Of a stretch of 64,000 nt of DNA, positions 13,123-26,500 are shown one piece after another. Below the pieces are notes generated by a model. That model ran no database searches and was not told the DNA's origin. It worked only from the letters and a program-made list of their open reading frames with translations. Positions within the stretch are counted from its first letter, which is position 1. Every line of letters starts with the position of its first letter. The translations under genes were made by a program, and so were the position numbers. This DNA is from Bilabrum cf. latius (Eukaryota), in the NCBI GenBank assembly GCA_965178125.1, contig OZ237760.1, positions 806,001 to 870,000 of the forward strand. The letters run 5' to 3'.

Positions 13123-14358
13123 ATGAAGAGCATTGCTTTTGTGTTTGCTAGCCTGGTCGCTATCTCAGCCCTGTCAAGCGTGGGAGCTGTGCGTCGACAC
13201 TAGAGCGCCGCAGCCGTCCTATCTCCCCAAGAAGGCATGAATGCATTGACTAATGCTCTGCGTGGGGCTGGAGAGGAGCAGGCAGCGTATGAAAAGGAAA
13301 CCGCTGGCGGCGAGGCCTCCGGTGACAAGGCAGCAAAGGAGGCGGGTGCTGGCGAGGAAACTGCAGAGAAGAAGACCGAGGAGAAGGACACTGTAGAAAA
13401 GAAGGAAGATACAAAGCCAGAGGAGGCAAAGAAGTAGACCAAAGAAGAGGCGGTCAAGCCATCCATCCAATGGACGAGCGAGGCAAAGTGCGACACCGTC
13501 CCAAAGAAGGGGTCCATGCACTGCTTGTGCGTGGTTGGCAAGGAGGGCCTGGAGGCCATGGGAGCCTCTCTGCCGAAAGACTCCGCTGCCACGCACGCCG
13601 GCGTGTGCGTACCTGGCGTTGACGCCTCCTGGGGTCTGTTCGGTCTGGACCTGTTCCAGATCTCTTGCCTGCAGGTGTGCGGGCACAAGGGCAGCAAGCA
13701 GGACATCTTCGCGTTCGCCGAGAAGCGCGCATAGGAGAGGGACGGCAAGGTCACCGCGGATTGGACTGCTCAGGCGAACAAGGCGGCGGGAGTGACGCAG
13801 CCCAAGGAGCAGGGCGGTGGCTTCAAGGCGCAGCCGGAGGTGGCGGAGGCCACCAGGGTGCTGCTGGCCAAGCACCTGGGCATTGGGGGGGGCGATGGTG
13901 AGAAGAAGAATGAGGAAGAGGCCAAGGAGGAAGTGGTCAAGGAGGAGGAGCCCGCCGCCGAGGAGACCAAGGAGGAGGAGGAGCCCGCCGCCGAGGATAA
14001 GAAGGAGGAGGAGACCAAGGAGGAGGAGCCCGCCGCCGAGGATAAGAAGGAGGAGGAGACCAAGGAGGAGGAGCCCGCCGCCGAGGATAAGAAGGAGGAG
14101 GAGCCCGCCGCCGAGGAGACCAAGGAGGAGGAGCCCGCCGCCGAGGATAAGAAGGAGGAGGAGCCCGCCGCCGAGGAGACCAAGGAGGAGGAGCCCGCCG
14201 CCGAGGAGACCAAGGAGGAGACCAAGGAGGAGGAGCCCGCCGCCGAGGAGACCAAGGAGGAGGAGACCAAGGAGGAGGAGCCCGCCGCCGAGGAGAAGAA
14301 GGAGGAGGAGCCCGCCGCCGAGGAGACCAAGGAGGAGGAGGCTGCTACTGCGGCATGA
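13123..14358 (+). CDS. Secreted Glu/Lys-rich repeat protein (~411 aa) with a small Cys-rich core; in-frame TAGs at 13201, 13435, 13732
   Basis: Signal peptide MKSIAFVFASLVAISALSSVGA. ORFs 13237, 13516 and 13792 are co-frame through TAGs. KEEEPAAE repeats; ends TGA. Confidence 0.8.
13939..14340 (+). repeat. Coding minisatellite AAGGAGGAGGAGCCCGCCGCCGAGGA(GACC/TAAG), encoding KEEEPAAE(ET/DK), ~11 copies
   Basis: Near-perfect tandem repeats visible in the sequence. Confidence 0.92.
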
Positions 14359-14360
14359 TC

Positions 14361-14467
14361 TGATGAATCGCGAGTTGAACACTTATTGCGACCCACTTGG
14401 TGACTAGTTGTTAATTGATGAATCGCGAGTTGAACACTTATTGCGACCCACTTGGTGACTAGTTGTT
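14361..14467. repeat. Tandem duplication of a 52-bp non-coding unit (period 55)
   Basis: TGATGAATCGCGAGTTGAACACTTATTGCGACCCACTTGGTGACTAGTTGTT at 14361 and 14416. Confidence 0.92.
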
Positions 14468-14598
14468 CATTGTGCGACCGCCAGTGCAGTGCTGCATGCG
14501 ACCAGCCGCGCCTTGGATCACCCGGAGCTAAATTTATCGTGGTCCGTTGGGGGTTTTCTATCTGGTCCAAATTCTTCATTCGACAGCGTGACATTGCA

Positions 14599-17500
14599 AT
14601 GTTTGTCGTTCGATCCTTGCGTCCAGATCATGGAGAAGAGGCGGGGAGTGATGATGAGGACCACAGAGGTCGTTTGCGGCATTTGCAAGAGTCCAAGACT
14701 CAGTCCGGCACACGGCAGGCCCTAGATCGGGACAAACATGCTAACGTGTCCAGTAGAAATTCCAATCGCGCAACAGATTATTCATCTATGCATAATATAG
14801 ACCATCGACCAGCCCTGTCGGCGGGCCGCCGCCCACCGCCTAGTGCAAGGCAGCTTGGTTTCAAGTCGAAGATGACGCGGGATCGAGAGAAATAGGCAGC
14901 CGCTAGGGAGGCAATCGCAAGCTCAATCCGACAGCAACGGTCTGGTATCCGACCTGCAGATGTACTGCGCGACGCGGACAGGGCCGCCAGTGCCAGCCCC
15001 GGTGCGAGGCTGCCCCAACTCGGCCCCGCTGGCAGTGGCAGTGGAGCGACTGCCAGCGGACAGAGCACACCTATCCGGAGATTAGGAAGACTGCTCGAGA
15101 CAAACGACATCCTAGGCACTTCCTCCGCCCCTCCCTAGGCGTGGGCCACGCCGATGGCCCCGGCCCGGTCAACAACCGGGAGCCGGCCATCTGTTCCAAC
15201 GTCCCGCCCCCACTCTGCTTCGACGGCGCCGCAGCGGCCCAACCGGCTCGGCAGGCTGCCACAAGACCCTCAATGGGCAATTTCGACAGCAGAAAGTGGC
15301 ACATCAGGACCTGATGCTGGGCCCCAATCGGCTCGGAGGCCCGTCAGCGCCCGGAGCAGCACCGGTGCCAGTGCCTGGCGAGCTGGCGGCGGCACTCCCG
15401 GATATGGGAGTGGGAGGGGGTCCAAGACCGCCTCTAGGGTGCAGGGCATTGCGGCGCGAGCCAGTGCCAGGATCCCCGTGACCCCTCGCGGGACCAGGCC
15501 CTCTCTCGCCGGGCCTTCGCCGCTCGTGCGCAGGAGGCTGAGCAGCCGGCTGTCTTCGGCTCTCCCTGATAAGCAGGAGGGGGGCAGGGCTTTGGGCGCG
15601 ATAGGTGGAATTGGCGGGGATGGTGAATGGGATCAGGGAGGGGAGGGTTCCCCGCGGGGGCGCAAGTCGGTGACCTGGGGCCGCGTGGACGGCCGCGGAG
15701 GCGAGGTCAAGGGCGGAGGGGAGGAGGAGCAACGGGGTCTGTCCGGTGCTGATGGCGGTGAAGATGCTCGGTTTAAGCGGGAGCTGGAGGATGCCATGGC
15801 CCCATTACGGGAGCTGGAGGAGGACAGGGCGAGGGAAAGGGAGCTGCTGGCGAGGGGCGAGCTGCTGGCATCCAGCACGATGGAGGACAGGGAAGGGCTC
15901 GCTGCGGGGCTGTGGCAGGGCGTGGACATGGACACGGGAAGAGGAAGGGGAAGGGGTGATGGAAGGCCGATGCCGCCAACAGAAAGGCAGAGGAGGGCCA
16001 TGGGGGCTGGCGGAATGATGGGCATGAATCGTGGTGGGAGTGCTGGAGGCGCCCGCAAGAATCGAATGCTTCGAGTGTCCTCCATGGCTGTTGCGGCGGA
16101 GTCTGGCGGTGTGACGAGTGTCCTGAGAGGGGGTCTGGGGCTGCAAGACGGGGACGGTGATGGGTTAGACGATGGTGTGCACGGGGACGGGACTGATGCC
16201 GGGGCCGGCGCTGCAGGTGCCGGGAGGGGCGAGACCTCCCCTCGCATGGGCGGCAGCTCTGGTCGCGTGTTCTTCCTGCCCACTTCCAAGGCGGCTGGAT
16301 ACGGGTAGGTCGGGGAGGAGGCCCCCGCACCAGACGCAAGGAGGACACAGGAAGAGCCGGAACAACCGCAGACCCAGGCCCAGGCCCAGACCCAGACCCA
16401 CGGAGGGCTGCAGCGGCCCGTTGCTCCCGGGGCGTCAAGCGGCGGGCTGGTTGCACCGGAAGACCGGAAGTACCGCAAGGGCGCGGGTATGTACGGACAG
16501 GTAAGGCTTGTTCCCTGGACCGTGCTGCGCGCCGCCGAGGACGCGATGGCCACCACGCACGCTCTCGACGAGGACACGGCCTGGCACGTGGACGCCAGGG
16601 CGGAGAAATCCGCCCTGGTGGAGGAGGCCCGGGCCCGGAGGAACAGCGCGGGGGAGAGGAGCGGGGTCCTGGACACAGTGCTCAGCAGGCGGGGCTCCGT
16701 GACTGACGACAGGAGGGTCCTTTTGCGCGCTGCGGTGGACAAGGAGGCGGGTCGCATGGGAGTCGCCGCTGACCTGCCGCACCTGGACGGGGCTCGGACC
16801 GCGCACGAAGCCGCCCACACTCCCAGCGTGCGGAGCTTCAGACGGTCCCACGAGACGCACAGCGAGGCCACGCGCAGGACGAGGGCGGCTCTCGCGGCCA
16901 TGAAGGCCAGGCGGGCGGCTGCAGCCGCGGCAAGGGCCCAGCCCTCCCTGCGAGGACGGGCGCAGGAAATCAGGGCAGACGACACGGGGCTGGGGCGGCT
17001 GCTGCTGAACTCGGGAGTGTCGGAGGCGGTGCGTGCCATCATGGCGGGGGCTCCTTTCGACGCAGAGGCCGAGGGAGGAGACGGTGGATCAGGAGCTGGT
17101 GGTAGTGCTGGTGGGGGCGGCCATGGAAGGGGACCCCTAATGAGAGGAGGAGGAGGAGGGAGAGGTGCAGTTGCCGGCGGAACCGCGTCTGTGGACTCGA
17201 TGGCTCTCAGCGAGGGAGGCGCGGGATCGAGACCCGGTGGGAGCCGGGAGGCGCAGGATCCCCTGAACGTGGCGCGGGCGGCGATCGAAGCCGCGCAGAA
17301 ATCGCGTGGGATGGGTCAGGGCGGGTCCGTTGCGTTGGGAGGGGCCGGTTCTGGGCAGGACCCGCTGGAGCGCGTGGATGTGCGGCTGCTTGCAGCGGAG
17401 CTTGACGTTCGGGCGAGGGCGGAGGAAGTGGACGACGAGGCGGCGAGCGCGCGGGCGAGGGGAGAGGCCGGCGCTGTTCCCTCGAGTGCCTCTGCCATGG

Positions 17501-20500
17501 TGCTCGCCGCAGCGGCGGATGAGGAGGGGCCCGGCGTCAGCCGAAGGGAGATTTCCGGCGTGGCGCTGAGACGTTGGCTGGCTGCTTTCGAGCGGGGCAT
17601 GGGGGGGTTCGCTTCTCCCGTGCTGTACGCTGAGTCCAAGCTCAAAGAAGCCATGGCGCTGGTGAGACAGACAGCGAGGGCCGTTCCTAGGCCAAGGGCC
17701 CCTCGGCTGGTGAGCTAGGAGGAGCAACGGAGAGGGGATGGGCACAGACCGTTTCATAAGGCGGGGCCGTCCCGGGAATCGTTGGGCGTGCACGAGCTGG
17801 GCGAGATGCAGGCTGCGGGCGAGACAGCGTACCTCGTGGTGGACCGACCGCACCCCTTCACCGTGTCGCTGTCGCTGTACCTGCTGCAGCGGCTCAAACC
17901 AGAGCACCTTCTGGGCCCCGACAGCAGCGAGGAAGAGCAGAGGGCCCTGCAGCTGCTGAGCAGGGAGGCGGCGCGGGCGGTGTTCTTCCAGGCAGCCGAG
18001 GGCGGAGTGCCTGGGGGTGGGGGGTTGATCCACGCAGGCCGGCGCTCCTCTTTGTCCTCCTCCCTCGCTGGCTCGCTGGCTGGCACTGGCGGGGACAGGC
18101 CGACTCGCCCCGAGTCTGCTCTCTCCTCTGCACTAACAGGGGGCCTCGATACGCCCCTTGGGACAGACGGTACAGAGGATGGCGGGGGCGACGATGGACG
18201 GAACACGGACGCGGTGGGCCCTCTCGAAGAGGACCAGGACCGGGAGTCCGTGGGCGGCACGTCCGTGGGGTCTGCTGCCGATGCGGCTCGGGAGCAGGAG
18301 GCGGAGCGCGGCCGCAGCCAGCGGCTTGCTCTGGGCGCCGCGGGGTCGGTTCCGCTGCAAGGGGCGCAGAGGGTGTTTGGGTGGACGCCCCACTTCGCGC
18401 TAGCTAGGCGACTCAGGACAGACGTGCGCCATCTGCAGGTAGAAGAGGCCACCCAGCAGGTGGACAGGGCGTGGATGCAGGAGGAGCTGGGTCGCAGGAG
18501 GCAGGTGTTCAACACCACGGTGCGGCACTGGCAGTCGGGCATCTTGGCATCGTGCTTTCGTGGGTGGGTGAGGGCCGTGTCCCACGAGAAGGCGCAGAAG
18601 AGGAGGGCGCTGCGGTTCTTCCGCAACATGCACGGTGGATCGCAGGACCTTGAGAGGAAGAGGTTCGTGTTCGGGAGGTGGAGGACCAACGGTGCGGTCA
18701 ACCGCACGCGCAAGGCCAGGGCGGCGGAGCAGAGGGCAAAGACGAGGAGGGATCAGGCCAGGCGGCAGGTGGACGTGGCCTCGGACGCGCTGAGGGAGCT
18801 GGAGACCAAGGTGAGGGAGCTGGACGAGGAGAGGGGCAAGCGGAGGCAGAAGGTGGTCGCGCTGGAGAGAGAGCTCGGCGCGCTGCAGGACGAGAGCGAG
18901 GCAGCGGATCCGGAGTCGGAATTGCAGCGCGCGATGGCGTGGGTGCAGGCGGGGAGGCTGGGCGTGTCGCTGTCTGTGGGGGCTGCGCTTCGGTATGGCA
19001 GATGGGTGAGGGAGGGCGTGGGCGCGTCCGGGGCTGCGCTGGAGGGCGGTCAGGGTGCGGGCCGCTGGGTGCGGCTGGGGCACAGCAGCGGGTAGTAGGC
19101 AGAAAAAGAGAAGGAGGAAGAGACAGAAAAAGAGAACGAGGGTGATTCTCAGGACACTGGCACTGGGGGCGGTCCTTGGACCCGAGTCGTGTGGCGGGGC
19201 GCCGACTGGGCCTCTGTCTCGAGAGAGGCGGCGGTGTGCTCGGCGGGAGCCGAGGCTCGAGTGCGGAGGGCGGCAAAGGCCGCGCAGGAGATGGCTCGCC
19301 GTGCCAGTGTGACGAGTGCTGAGGAGCTCCGGTTGGTGCTTGCGATGGAGCGGCAGGAGCTCCGTGAAGAGGCTCTCAGGGAACAGCGGGAGGCGGTTCG
19401 GAGGAAGCGGGCGCTGACCGAGCAGCGGCTCAAGGCGTCAAGGAGGGCGCGGTTGGGGATCGTGCAGCATCACCAGCAGCAACCAGAGCCCCGTGGGGTG
19501 GGGCTCAGGGGCCGAACAGTCAGCACAGGCGAGGGCACGGGGCTGGATACTGCCCTGGATGCGCCCCCATGGGTCGAGGAGGGAGGCGATGAGGAGGAGG
19601 ACATGCCTTTGAGGGGGCGTTCGCGCTCGGAGCTGACCCCGAGGCGCCGGCGAGGACCCGCGGGGGCAGGTCAGGAGGCTGCAGGACAGGGAGGCGGAGG
19701 ATCGGCTGGGATTTGCGTGCCTGTGCCGGCCCCCGGAGAGCTGCTGGTGGCAGGCATGCGCCGCATGCTGGGCCCGTCCGCCGCCCGACGTGCCATCCTG
19801 GATGCACCGGCCGTGTTCCAGGCAGCGGTGTTGCCCCGGCTCTTGGGCAGTACCACTTCCATAGGGGCGGGGAGCGGCAGCAGCGCCGCTTCCGCGAGCA
19901 AGGCTTCACGCAGCCAGGGGCGTGCAGGGGGGCGCCTGCAGCCGCCAGCTCGCACCCGCAATCGGACGGCAGACTCCGCCCCGCCCTCGCCCTTCCAAGA
20001 CGGCAGGCCGATTACTCCGGGGTCGGTTCGTGGAGCCACACCGTCGGGCGGAGCCCAGGGAACAAGGAACAGAGCAGGGCGTAGACCCTTCAGCGAGGAG
20101 GACTCGAACCCCCCTCTAGGCTCTGCCGCCTCCACGCAGTCTGGGCTGGGCCCGGGCAACGGCCTGCCTCCCTCAGGCATGGTGCCCCGGCTTAGACGCA
20201 CGGCCAGCTCGCAGGAAACTGGAAGGGCCGGGTCCGATGCGTGGATGGGCGGGGCCCTGGCTCACCTGACCTCGCGGCAGACCGTGGCAGCAGCCCGGCT
20301 GGGCACCAGGATGGGGCTCCTCCCGGACTCGGACCCGTCCGGTTCCCCGGTGTGGGCTCGAGGGATCGATCTCTCCGTGGTGCTGGGTGGTGGCGACGGG
20401 GCGTCCAAGCACGCGCACTGCGTTTGGCCCGTTGTGCTCGAGGCGGCTGGTCTGCTGCATCCTGGGTGGCGGGCGAGGGGCATGCAGGGCGGCAAGGGTA

Positions 20501-23500
20501 GTGGCAGTGGCAGCGCCGCTTCAGCCGCGGGTATCATGCCAAGCAGTCCCCGAGGCAGCGGGCGCGGGATGCTGCGCTCCCTCGGGGGTTCGGGGCGCTC
20601 CATGGTGGGCCGTGAGTCACCTGAGAGTGGTCAAACCGGCGCGACGGGAGCGAGGGGTATCCTCGAGTCCGTGCTGGCCAGGCTGGGACCCTCTCGGGGT
20701 GAGGCCCAGGCGCTCTCTCCCTCTGCCGGGCGCGAGGAGCTGGAGGCACACCATGCAATAGTGGCGTTCTTCCTGTCGCTGGCAGGGGCGGGACACGGGG
20801 CGGCCAGCGCGCAGCAGAGACTGCTGCAGATCGCCCCGCCGGCGCCCGATGCGGGTGCCAAACCAGCAAGACGGAGCAAGGGCCAGGGACTGAGCGGCAG
20901 GACTGGCCAGACCCCGTACGTGAAGGCACTCGGGGATCTGCTGTCCCGCCGCACTGGTCTGGGTGAGAGAGACAAGCGAAGGTGGGCGGCATGGCTGGCG
21001 GCGAGGTCCCAGGGGATGGGGGTCTGCAGGACCAGCTCGGTCGGTCGGGGGTCATCGCGGGCGGCGGCTCGACTGAGGCGCGGGCAGGAGGCTGACGTGT
21101 CCGAGTACCTGTGGGGTCCGGGGGTCACGGGGCGAGCTGCAGAGGAGGCGCTGCACCTGGCGCAAGTGCCCCGGTGGCCCGACCTCCTGGCGGCGTGGAC
21201 GGCGAGGGCGAAGCGAGTGGCACTGCCAGCCCTGTACCTCGAGTCGGTGAGGCATGCGTGGTCCAGCGGCCGGCTGCAGACGCAAGGGTCTGCTGGCGCA
21301 TCGAGCAGTCGCAACGGCGGTGGGGTGATAGTGAGACCGTCCTCCTTGCGCGTGGACAGCGGTGCGGGACAGGGGCAGGGGCAGGGGCAGGGCGGGGCAG
21401 CGACCCCCTCAAGCATCGCTGGGGGCCAGCCAGATCCCTTGGTGCAGGCAGGCAACCAGGCGCTCAGGGCACCCGCGCAGGTGGTGAGCCTGCCGTATCC
21501 AATGGGTGGCTGCCATGCCCCCGGGCTAGTCTACTCACTCTCGACAGGGGGCTCGCAGCCATTGAGGGGCAGCGCGCAGTCCACGACAGCGCTGGATCGG
21601 CTATCCAATGCCGCGAGTGGGAGGGGAGTGGCAGGGAACTCCGCTGCAGCTAGCGCGACGACGATGCACGGCGGGGATCGGGAGGATGGGGGCATAGCAA
21701 CGGTTGGGGGCGACAAGGCTGAGGCACGGATTCGCCGCGTGTCGATTCGACTGCCGCACGAGACATCGGGCCAGCCCACTGAGTCGGGTGACGGAAGGAG
21801 TAGCCCGCGCGCCAAGCACCCTAGCCAGTCCAGGTCCGTGTTTGACCGCGCGAGCGTCGGAGCGGAAGACGACGCTGTGCTTGGGATGGCAACGCTGGCA
21901 GGGGCCGCGCTGGAGCGAGCAAGGGAGGCATTCTGGCAGCTGCAGGGACAAGCCGACCGGGTTGCATCTGGCAACGTGCTTGGCATCGACGACCTGCCAC
22001 CCCTGGGTCACAGTGCAAGTGGCAGGCAGGGCGATGAAGAGGAAGGCGGGGCAGAGGGGCACGGGCCCAGAGAAAAGGGCATGCTGGCGATGTGGGCGAC
22101 AAGTCGGGGGCCTGCCGCGGCTGGCAGAAGCAGCGGGGGCACAAGCGCGGCCTCGGTGCCGCCTCCATCACCATCTCCGCGCACGCCCCGGTGGTCGCAG
22201 TCCCCCGGCGCGTCACCCGCGATGATGCTGCAGGACAGCACAGTGGTGCTGGCGATGGGTTTGCTGTCCTTGGTTGGTACAGTGCACGAAGGTGCAGGTC
22301 CGCCGTTGGATAGTGGGAACGGCGCGTCGGTTGCCTAGCAGGTGAGATAGGTATATCGGCTGGGCTGGTCCTCTTCGCAGTGGCCGTGGAAGACGGTGGG
22401 CACCGGCACCGGCAGTGGCACCGGCAGCGGCAGCGGCAGCGGCAGCGGCAGTGGTGGAGGGTGCGAGGCTTCCAGCACCACGGTCATTGCGGACTCGAGG
22501 GGCGGCGCGATGGGGCGGGTGTTGCGCGTGTTGGCAGAGGCTAACAGCCACCTGCGCAGCACTGGACACGCCAGCATGCCCACCGGTGCCATAGGCAGCC
22601 CCAGCTCGATGGGCGGCAGCCGCAGGCAGCTCATCGCGCTCAAGAAGAAACAAGCCAGCGCGGCGCCGCCCAGGAGCAAGAGCTTCCGCCGACTCGCGTT
22701 GGGAACTGAAAGCGGGGAACACGGCGACGGATCATCCGGACCGAAAGCTCGTGCTGCTGCCCAGCTGGCGCCAACCCCCGGGCACGTGGCCCTCGCGGTC
22801 GCGTCCTGGGCTAGCGGCATCGGGGTGCTGGAGCGGGGCGGGGTGGGCCCAATGACGCTGTCCATCGGGCTGAGGCAGTTTGCCAGGGCTGTGACGAGTG
22901 CAGCTGTAGGATACTCGGATGGTGGAACGAAAGGAGCGGCAGGCAGGAACAGCAAGGGCAGCGATGTCGCTGGCGATGATGCTGACGATGGTCGCGCCAC
23001 ACCCGAGGCGGCCCAGCCAGAGGTTATCCACGAGGCTGGCGCGGATGATTGCGACTTGCAGCTGGTCTCGCTCGTGTTGGGCGATGACGATGAAGACGTG
23101 AAGGAGGGGAAATAGGGGGAGCATGTCACGGGTAAGGTGGACGGCAGCACAGCCTCGGGTGGTACCGAAGGACCTGATCCCACGGATGGCCCAGCCCCCA
23201 TCCCATCCGTCCCGATGCCTACGGAAAACCCGGAAGATGACGCAGATCGGGCGCTGTACGCTTCAGCGCTCGCTGCCAGGCTGCAGCACACTCGAGCAGT
23301 GCGCTGGGACGAGCTGTGGGAGGCTTTCCGCCTCGATGCTGCGGAGGGGGAGGAAGGGGGAGGCTTGCTGGGCGCGGCCAGGGGGGCTTGGGACGGGGGT
23401 CTGCACGCAGGCAGGCAGCCGCAGAGGAAACCATCTTCGTCATCGATGTGGGGTTCCTCCCGGTGGCTGCTGCAGGATCAGTCCGGGGATGTGGGGACCG

Positions 23501-26500
23501 ACCGGGGCGGCGGAGAATCGAATGGGCGAGAGGAAGATCCCCACATCCCCGGCCTGTTGCTCCCCTCCCGCGCCCCCACCTTCCTCCTGGGATCCATCCC
23601 GTTCCCTGCGGCAGGGGGGCAGGCAGACCCGCTGGCTAGCTCCGCCTCGAGCAAGGCCGGATTCGCGCCCCACCCCACCGCTGCAGACGCGTCGAGTGCC
23701 TCCCCAATGGCCGCTCCGCCCGCCTCCGTGCCTCTGCAGCTGCTTGCATTGTCGATGCGCACGCGGGGTGCCATCCCTCGCCGCGTGCAGCAGATGGGCT
23801 TTTAGCTCACGCAGGCGGCTGTGGAGGCAGCAGAGTCGCAGCTGCTGCCCCTTCTGCTGTCCCCTGACGCCACAGAGGAGCTGGTGGACTACTGCGAAGA
23901 CTCTGCAGGGGGGCTAAGGCGGTGGGCGCCCTTCGTGAGGGGACCCTCGGGCACATCTGCGGCTCACCACACAGAGCTCATGCACTCCTACAAGGCAGCC
24001 TCCTCCTCTTCATCGGAGGCCCACGCTCTCCTCGATAGGGTAGGAGGGAGCGAGGAAGAGCCAGCAGTTGCCCTGGGTCACCCCGCTGCCATTGTCGTGT
24101 TCCACCAGGAGCTATCGCTGGCGCACGCAGAGGCGCAGGGCGCGGCGGACCGCCTCCCCTTTGTATCCGCGGGCATGTCTGAGCTGGCGTGGGTCGGACG
24201 GGCCAGTACGCTGGCAGTGCAGCGGCAGGAGCAGGCCCGGCTGATGCAGGGCATCAAGTTGCAGTCACTTGGCTCCTCATCGGCACCGGGAGGCCCGCTG
24301 CAAGCTGGCAGGGGCTCTTCTGCTGCTGGCCCAGGCACTCCCTACTCCACGGCGACTCCGCGGTCGACGTCCCCGAGTCGGATGCAGAGCCAATCGGAAG
24401 AGGGCAGCGGCGTTCCTTCGCCATTGCCTCAGGGAGTCGGCACTGCCCGTGCTAGGAGGCACAGCCCGCCGTCTAGGAGGAGGGCACCCCGGCGGAGCGT
24501 GCTGCCGCCGGCCAGCAAACCATCGCGCACGGCCAGTCCATCCAGCGCGGTGTTCCGATCTCCCACACCGTTCGCGATGCCCAGCGTGGCGCTGACACCG
24601 ATGGGACCGCCACCCACCCCGGGCGAGGGCGCCATGATGTGGCAGCCTCAGCTCGCCCTTGCCCTGCTGCCCGCCCCTGAGACAGTCCCCTCCCCTCAGC
24701 TGCTGCCCATGCCGGGGTCGAGCTTCGACTGGCTGCGGCGGGACTCTGTGGCGAGCGGGATCGCGATGCTGGGGCAGGCGTTGGGATCTCGGGCCGCGCT
24801 GTCCCAGGCACCGGTCCAGGTGGCTGCTGCTGCCCTTCGGTCGAGGATAGGACGCCGCGGGGCTGGAACGGGCGGTGGTAGCGGCGGCCAGGAGCACCCG
24901 GAGAGTGGTGGTCCTGCGTAGCCGCGTCTGAACGACTCTACCAGGGGTAGCGTCCTAGCACAGCATGCCAGGGCACTAGGCGCGAGAGGGGAGCAGCTGT
25001 CCATCTACTCCATTGGGGCGGTGGAAGGGGATGGCGATGGACCCGAGGTACGGGGGGGTGCAGGTGCAATGCATGGCGGCGCGTTACCCCACAGAGCAGG
25101 CTCGACAGCAGACTAGGAGCTGCTCAAGGCGGTGGCAGAGGAGAGCCCGGAGGACAGGGCGGGCGAGACGCACGTCTCGCGGAGGAGGGCCCTGTGCAGG
25201 GGCCTGCTGGCGGGGGCGGCCACGGCCATCGCGGCGGGTGTCGGAAGCACGGAGCTCCTCGTCGCGGGGTCTTTGGGAAGCGGCAGAGGGCCTGCAGCAG
25301 GCGGAGAGCAGCGCTCCTTGCCCCCCGACGGCCCAGACCCAGCCCCGGGGGCAGCCTCCCGCGCGAGCACCGCTGGCAACGATGTGGACAGTGCGAGCAT
25401 CCCGGCCGTGGCTCATCCGGATGCGGCCTCCGTGGTGGGAACCAGCGCGGTTGCAACCAGCCGTGCCCTCAAGCAGGAGCGCGGTTGGCTGGAGTCGAGG
25501 GTCACGCGCGCCTCGTCCGTGGTAGGGGTGGCAGTACCAGCCGCCGTGGGCTCGGGAGCCGGTCCGCTGGATGGTTCCTGTCCGCTGGAGTCGCCAGATT
25601 CCTACGAAGAGCTTCTGCAAGGGGTGCTGCGTGACGAGTGGAACCGCAGTGCGGTGCTTCCATGCGGGCTGGGGCCGCAGCAGATCGCGGCCCGCGTGCC
25701 CTCCGCCTCCCGCCTGGCCTTCGAGGCAGAGGACCTCGCTGAATCGCAGGCTCGACAGGCCGTGGCCGAGCTGCACGCGATGGATGCAGCGGCGCACAGG
25801 GTGGAAAGGGGCGTGTGGCACGCGCTGGCGAGCGAGATGCGCGCGATCGAATCCGTGCGGGGGACCGAGGTGGGCGCGGGAAGCTTCGTGGAACCGTCTG
25901 CTGCCGTGGTGGGTCCTACAGCAGGGGCAGCATCAGAAGCGGGGGCGACAGGGCACAGGGGCCGGCCGCCTCGAGCGGGTGGTACCTCTAAGGCTGCCCC
26001 CCTGGTGGCCATTGGCTCCAAGGGGGGGGAGGAGGAGCCCGAAGCGTTCTCCTTGGAGGCATTCGGGCGAGTCAGCTCGGAGCGGGTGGCGGATCTGCTG
26101 GCCACTGAACTGCACAAGGCAGCGGAAGCCGCTGCCGAGGCTGCCGGCGAGAACTTGGCGGGGGGTACGAGCAGCTCTGTGCGAGGAGGGTCCGCCTCCA
26201 GTGGCAGGGGCAGGGGCAGGGGCAGGGGCACGGGGGGGCAAGCTGGGGACGGCCCCGCCCTGCGCAGGGCCCGCAGCAGCCGCCGCATGAGCTCCAGTGA
26301 CCTTGCTGAAGCTGCTCCGATCATCGAGGCTGTGCAGGCCGTGCTGTCGCAGTATGCTGGACTATTGCGGGGGGTGTTCCGACTGTACGCGGGCGGGGGG
26401 AGTCAGTGGAAGCCCATGTCTTCTTCCCAGTTCATGCGGCTGCTCAAAGACTGCCGCGTGCTGGGCAAGCGGGGGGGCGGTGGCAGCAGCGGGGGGTCAC

